Source: Protoeuglena noctilucae (lineage: Eukaryota). From it: 20,000 nt of DNA. Position 1 is the first letter of the stretch. Every line of letters starts with the position of its first letter. The notes under the pieces were generated by a model. That model saw nothing but the letters and a program-made list of their open reading frames with translations, was not told where the DNA came from and did not search any database. The DNA is taken from contig OY253672.1 in the NCBI GenBank assembly GCA_958009085.1, positions 1,599,701 through 1,619,700 on the forward strand. Direction: 5' to 3'. Positions 13,965 through 20,000 of this stretch are shown here, in pieces. A program made the position numbers and the translations under genes.

Positions 13965-14298
13965 GCGGATCGGGGCAGGCACGCGCTCGGGGGCCGTAGA
14001 TCAGGGCCGTGCCACCGCCATGGGCAGAGTGCGGGGGGCCAGTTGCGCGACTCAATGCGAACGCGAAGCCTATGCGATTCAAAGGGAGTAAAAAACACCT
14101 GGCACGAGACACTATAGCTGTGTGAAACAAGCACATCGCAGCATGCGAAATAGGACAAAGGGTGGGGGAACTGGGGTGCCACGTCCAGAGTGGCAGACGA
14201 ACATCCCTGCGAAAAATGCCGCAAATAAAGAGTACTGCCGATGCTGTCACTGATACGCTCCTTACTAACAAACCCTGCCTTGGTAGTACCCCACACGG

Positions 14299-15600
14299 CT
14301 ACGTGGGGATGCAGAGCTTGCGTGCCCATGTCAGGTCTTTGTGCGAAGACGCCTCCCTCTCCACCTCCACGCGGTACATGCGGGGCCAGAGCTTCCCCGT
14401 GACCCACACGTCGCCCGCGGGGGTGAGGGCGATGCCTGCAGAGCAGAGGTAGCAGGGCGCACAGTGGCACGCGGTCGCAGCCGCAAGCATGCAAGGTAAC
14501 AAGGAGCCACGGGAGCATGCGCGCTGCTGTCGCACCGTTGAGTACGTCTGCCGCGCGCCCCCCCGTCTCGCTGCGCATGCGCTCGTGCACGTCCCCCAGC
14601 ACCAGCCACCCCCGGACGTGGCCGTCGCTGGGGTCGATCCTGGCCACGCAGTCCGTCTGCCACACGTTGGCCCACACCTCGCCCTTCACCCACTCGACCT
14701 CGTTCAGCCACGCCACCGGCCGCCCCTCGTCGTGCACCTCCACCGCCCGCCGCAGCTCCAGCGTCGCGGGATCCATCAGGTACAGCCGGCTGGAGCCGTC
14801 CGTCCCCGCGAGCATGTCCATCTCCGGCCTGGAACCAAGGCGACGCGAGTCAAACCAGGCTGCTAGCCCCGGTCGCCGGCAGCCCACCGCCATGCACGCC
14901 ACGCCATGCATGCCCCGACTCACTCGTGCGCCAGGCCCCAGCCGTCCTGCATGGGGGACAGGAGCTCGCCGGTCCGCGTCCACGTCGCCTTGTCCCAGAC
15001 GACGACGCGCCTCGTCTGCCAGAGGAGCTGCAGCACGCGGCTGCCCACCACGGCCAGGCCCTCCCCGAACTCGCTCGGCTCCAGGCTGGCCTCGTTCAAA
15101 ACCCGGCCCGACTCGAGGTCCCAGCGGAGAAGCTGCGAATGGCACCGAGGAGAGGGGTCATGGCGCGTCCACCGAAGGGCAGGCGTGCTGCTTTACGCAC
15201 GTGCCCAGGCGTGAAGTCCCCTGCCGGCGCGCCTCGCCTTGGACTGGCCGTAGAGTCCGGTGCTTTCGTAGACAACTAACCGACCCTCCTCCTCGCGAAT
15301 ATCCAGGCCCTGGGTGAACCACGCGGGGTCGTGTGCCACCTCCGCGAGGACGGCGACGTGGTCCACGAGCACTGCGGGCCGCAGGAGCGCTTTCGTGCTC
15401 CCCGCATGTTTCAATGAGGTCAAGTCACCCGCAGGCAAGTCACTCCGCCGCTGGAGAGGCTGCGCCATCCTCGCACCTCCGCCGGACGACGACAGACTCT
15501 CCCCGAGGTCACGGCGCCCACGCGCCGCAGCCGACCCCCAAGGCGCAGCCAGACCAGCCCAGAGTACCAAAACGAGCCCAAAGATCCCGCACAAGCCCAT
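14299..15600 (-). CDS. QCT: Glutaminyl-peptide cyclotransferase (plant/bacterial beta-propeller type) with N-terminal signal peptide or anchor. Exons 15600-15238, 15132-14924, 14828-14536, 14435-14299
   Basis: Motifs HDPAWFTQGL, YESTGLYGQS, FGEGL, DGWGL, TDGSSRLY, LNEVEWVKGEVWANVW, DVLNGIA and VTGKLWP. Confidence 0.93.
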
Positions 15601-15911
15601 CTTTTGCGGCACGGGACGCGCGCCCGGGCGCGGCCCTCGCGCCGGGGACGCGCGTGATCGACAGGCAACCCGCGCCCCCGCACGCGGTCCGCCACCTCGC
15701 GTGTTTGGCAACAAAAGCAGTCACCTTCGCGCACGGCGCGGCGGCGGCCTTGAGGGAAGCGCGCGGGCGATTCCTGCAACAAATCTGACAAGAAGCAACG
15801 GGGCGATCTCGCCGCCCGAGCAGCACCGCATGCGAGTGTTGCGACGAGAAACATCCCTGACATCGGGACGCGCAAGCCATCGCGCCCCCGCGCGTGCCTT
15901 GGCAACCCAGG
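15601..15911. promoter_or_regulatory. Probable bidirectional promoter region between glutaminyl cyclase and ALS
   Basis: Head-to-head start codons about 310 nt apart; no specific motif identified. Confidence 0.4.
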
Positions 15912-18844
15912 ATGGCGAGCACCAGCTGCGCGGCGCCCCGGCTGGCCGCCGCCGGATCAAGTTCGCGGTGTAGCCGAAGCGCTACCCCGGCGCGGGCCGC
16001 GCTGCCGTGCCGGCGCGTGCAGGTGGGCCGGCTTCTGCAACGGTCACATTTGCGGCCTTGCGCGCGGGGCGATTCTGCAGCGGGCCGGGCGGGTGCACAA
16101 ATGACATGGAATGCGTCGTGGCGCCGGCGATTCCGGACGCCCGGCCGGCCCGTGCGTGGATCCGCGGAACCCTACTTGGCCCTGAGAGGAAATTGCCTCG
16201 GCGCGCCGTCTTTTCCGCCGTGCTACGCTGCTCCCGAGACGCTTTTCTGTCACGCGAACTCGGAGGCTCGCTAGCGGGGCCGTATCGCTGGACGACGAGG
16301 GAGGGGAGGCGGCACGACCGACGACGCGGTGCCGTCCTCGGCCAGGGCGCCTGCCAGCCCCCTTCGCGCCCCTCCGTCGATGTCCTCCGGATTTGGTAGT
16401 CGTCAACTCGGTCATGGCGATGCGTTTGACGGCTGCTAGCCTCTTCCGGGACCGCAGGGAGCCGCTGGACGTGGCGGCCATGCCATCTGTTCGGCGATCG
16501 CCGAAGGGAAGACCCGGCGCTTCTCCGACGAGTGGACGGAGAGGGACAAGTTCGTGGAGTCGCAGGCGAGGCAGCGGCCCGGTGCCGCGAGGGCCGCGCG
16601 TGGGAGGGCGCGTGGCGGCCCTCCCCTGACGCCCCGCTCCGCGCCCGCGCCGCCCTCCCCGCAGCGCGCGGAGCCGCTCAAGCAGCGCGGCGTGATGGAC
16701 GGGTGGAAGTCCCGCTTCGGCAACGAGCCGCGCAAGGGCGCGGACATCATCATCGAGGCGCTCGAGCGCGAGGGGGTGTCGACCGTGTTTGCGTACCCCG
16801 GCGGGGCGTCCATGGAGATCCACCAGGCCCTGACGCGGTCTGAGACCATCCGGAACGTGCTGTGCCGCCACGAGCAGGGCGAGATCTTCGCGGCCGAGGG
16901 GTACGCGAAGTGCACGGGGGAGGTTACCGTCTGCATCGCCACGTCTGGCCCGGGGGCCACCAACCTCGTCACGGGTGAGGGCTTGGAAGGGTGGGGGATG
17001 AGCATGGAGGGCCCTTTGCCGCGCCCGCGCACATCCTTACCCAGCCCTAACCCACACAGCGCCTGGCCGCACCGCATCACCCTCAACTGCGCTGCGCCGA
17101 CGCGGTTGCGCCCCCCCGCCCCCCCAGGCCTGGCCGACGCGCTGCTGGACTCGGTGCCGATGGTGGCGATCACGGGCCAGGTGCCGCGTAAGATGATTGG
17201 CACGGATGGTTTCCAGGAGACTCCGATCGTGGAGATCACGCGGCAGATCACCAAGCACAACTACCTCGTGATGGACGTGAAGGACATCCCCCGCATCATC
17301 CGCGAGGCGTTCGTGCTGGCACGGTCCGGCCGCCCCGGCCCCGTGCTGGTGGACATCCCGAAGGACGTGCAGCAGCAGCTGGACGTGCCCGACTGGGACG
17401 GCGACGTGGCCATCACGGGCTACCTGGCGCGCCTGCCCCCGCCCCCCGACCCTTCCACGGTGCAGGCCATCCTCAACGCAATCCGCACGGCACGGCGCCC
17501 CGTGCTGTACGTGGGCGGCGGGGCCCAGCACTGCGCCGACGACATTGTGGAGCTGGTGCGGCGCACGGGCATCCCCATCGCCAACACGCTCATGGGCCTG
17601 GGGACGTTTCCCCGCGACGACGAGCTGAGCCTGTCGATGCTGGGCATGCACGGCACCGTCTACGCCAACTACGCCGTCGACCAGGCCGACCTGCTCCTGG
17701 CGCTGGGCGTGCGGTTCGACGACCGCGTGACGGGCAAGCTCGAGACGTTCGCCACGCGCGCACGCATCGTGCACGTGGACATCGACCCGGCGGAGATCCA
17801 CAAGAACAAGTTCGCGCACATTCCCCTGTGCGCCGACGTGGCCCTGGCCGTGCGCGCCCTCAACCGCCTCCTGGCCGAGCAGCCGGTGCCGCTCGAGACG
17901 CACCGCGAGTGGCGCGAGGCCGTGATGGCCAAGAAGGCCGAGTTCCCGATGGCCTACCCGGGGCGCCCGGACGTCATCATGCCGCAGCAGGCCGTGGAGG
18001 TGCTGTGCGAGGAGACGGGCGGCGAGGCGATCGTGTCCACGGGGGTGGGGCAGCACCAGATGTGGGCCGCGCAGTACTACCGCTTCCGCGGCCCCCGCCA
18101 GTGGGTCACGTCCGGCGGCCTCGGTTCCATGGGGTTCGGCCTCCCCTCGGCGCTGGGGGCGGCGGTGGCGTACGACGGGACGGAGGGCCGCCCCAAGCGC
18201 ACGGTACTGAACATCGACGGCGACGGGAGCTTCCTGATGAACGTGCAGGAGCTGGCCACGGTGTTCGTGAACAAGATCGACGTCAAGACGGTCATCCTCA
18301 ACAACCAGCACCTGGGCATGGTCGTGCAGTGGGAGGACCGCTTCTATGGCAAGAACCGCGCCCACACGTACCTGGGGAAGCAGGAGGCCGAGTGGCACCT
18401 GACCAAGGACGTCAAGGACATCTACCCGGACTTCGTGGCCATGGCGCACTCGTACGGCATCCCCGCCAAGCGCATCTTCCACCCGGATGAGCTCAGGCGA
18501 GAGGGGCGTGGGGTGGGGGTGGGGATGGGGGCAGGGCGATTGTGACTGCCTGTGCCAGCCAGCTTGCGACTGTGCCTGCCAGCCAACGTGCCAGCCAGCG
18601 CCTGAGATGTAACGGAACTCTCGCTCAGGCCGCTCGACAGCGCGTGTGCCATCCCCCATCCCACCTACACGTCCCGTCCCTCCCCCCCAGGCCCGCCGTG
18701 CGCGAAATGCTCGACACCGAGGGCCCTTACCTCCTCGACGTCATGGTCCCTCACATTGAGCACGTGCTGCCCATGATCCCCGGCGGTGGGTCCTTCAAGG
18801 ACATCATCACCAAGGGAGACGGGCAGAACCCCAACCTCAAGTAG
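15912..18844 (+). CDS. ALS: Acetolactate synthase (AHAS) catalytic subunit, plastid-targeted. Exons 15912-16022, 16458-16565, 16665-16974, 17128-18496, 18691-18844
   Basis: Motifs [63 protein letters not shown] motif [17 protein letters not shown] and HVLPMIP. Exon 1 ([19 protein letters not shown]...) is Ser/Ala/Arg-rich like a transit peptide; it is less certain than the rest. Confidence 0.95.
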
Positions 18845-19165
18845 GCGATGGGGGGCAGAGGGGGGCATGGGCCGGCGCTGACGTAGAGGCGACTGGCGCC
18901 GGTTAGGGCACGGTTGCTGGGGCGGCGCACGAGCCCTCTGTCTTGGGCAGACACGGGGGGCCGCATGCGAGGTCCCGCACTGGGAGTGACATTCCCTGCA
19001 CTCCCCGCGCGGGTCGTTCCCCGGGGATGCCGGGTGCTCTCATCCGCTTGAGGCGTGGCGTGAAGCGCTGCTGCACAGGTCATGCTGCCTGCATCGATTC
19101 AAGTAGCGAACAGCCGCCGGCGAGCAGCGGTGCCGCCGAGGGGACTAGGGACCCCGTCACGCGCG

Positions 19166-19748
19166 TCACGTGCCCTGAGGCATCGCCCTCGCCGCCACGG
19201 GCAGGTCCGGCAAGCGCGGGCGGGGCAGCGCCAGGCCTGGCACCTCGAACCTCCCCTGGATCTCCTTTAACAGCGTCGTCTCCGGGGGCGGCGCGCCCTG
19301 CACGGGCACCATCTGCGCCATCTGCAGGGGACCAGCGGGGGATGCTGTCAAGTGCGGTGGGGGTTCGTATCATGGAACCGGGAGTGCGGCGACGGTCTCT
19401 AGCCCGGCTGCCACCCCCGCTCGCCTTGATGCGTCTGTCCAGGCGCGCCAGCCTCTCCATCTGCGCCTGATACTCTTCCTGAGGGAATCGCGCCCGCTTC
19501 ATCCCACGTGCCACGTACTTGGACGTCAGACGGCCCCACAGGTTCTGCATGGGAAGGTGGGGGGCGTGCCATGCGTAGTCACGCCGCAGTCAGCATCGGC
19601 GCCTCGCCCAGCGCCGCCACTCCCTCCCCTCCCCTCACAGCCCCCGGCCTCGCCTCATAGGTAAGATCCTTGCCGACCCTCAGGGAGTAGCCATAGCCAA
19701 GGATGGTGAGGGAGAGGCCGAAGAAGTACGTCACGGGCTCCAGCAGGT
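19166..19748 (-). pseudogene. MCU: 3' fragment of mitochondrial calcium uniporter (MCU), truncated by telomeric repeats in this assembly. Exons 19748-19654, 19544-19425, probable 19321-19166
   Basis: Translation LLEPVTYFFGLSLTILGYGYSLRVGKDLTYE|NLWGRLTSKYVARGMKRARFPQEEYQAQMERLARL matches the MCU pore motif (WDxxEPVTYF), TM2 and the C-terminal coil. Upstream sequence is replaced by CCCTAA repeats. Confidence 0.75.
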
Positions 19749-20000
19749 TAGGGTAAGGGTAGGTTAGGGTTAGGTTAGGTTAGTTATAGGGTTAGGGTTA
19801 GGGTCAGGGTCAGGGTTAGGTTTAGGTAGGGTTAGGGTAGGTAAGGTAGGGTTAGGGTAGGGTTAGGGTTAGGGTTAGGGTTAGGGTTAGGGTTAGGGTT
19901 AGGGTTAGGGTTAGGGTTAGGGTTAGGGTTAGGGTTAGGGTTAGGGTTAGGGTTAGGGTTAGGGTTAGGGTTAGGGTTAGGGTTAGGGTTAGGGTTAGGG
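19746..20000 (+). repeat. Telomeric repeat (TTAGGG)n with degenerate proximal zone
   Basis: 23 perfect TTAGGG units at 19863-20000, preceded by variants (TAAGGG, TAGG, TTAGG, TCAGGG, TTTAGG). The G-rich strand runs 5'->3' toward the window end, as at a chromosome terminus. Confidence 0.95.

Noticed and set aside
16023..16457. TPP riboswitch or snoRNA in the long first ALS intron (CTGAGA near 16182)
   Set aside because: The downstream GAACCTGA...AGGGA core is absent and there is no convincing box C.
16393..16629. ATG 16414 as ALS start with a frameshift
   Set aside because: An upstream transit-peptide-like exon (15912-16022) splices in phase to 16458, so no frameshift is needed.
17037..18659. 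540-aa antisense ORF and many other long overlapping ORFs
   Set aside because: These are shadows of GC3-rich coding sequence with few stops and have no recognisable motifs.

Overview
GC-rich, intron-dense eukaryotic DNA, most likely from a chlorophyte green alga (inferred from the ALS, ProRS and kinase sequences). It runs into a (TTAGGG)n tract at the right edge. Manual splicing gives seven genes: an F-box/WD40 protein (+, probably 5'-partial), a receptor-like TKL kinase (-), an ING-family protein with a Tudor-like C-terminus instead of a PHD finger (-), an organellar prolyl-tRNA synthetase (+), a glutaminyl cyclase (-), acetolactate synthase large subunit (+), and the 3' half of a mitochondrial calcium uniporter (-) cut at its pore motif by the telomere repeats. 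Main oddities: 10 of about 31 reconstructed introns use GC donors (always AG|GCRAG, all right of ~8.2 kb); the telomere is joined directly into MCU coding sequence; ING lacks its PHD finger; and short duplications about 74 nt apart copy splice sites and a stop codon in the left part. All gene models are hand-built and need RNA-seq confirmation.
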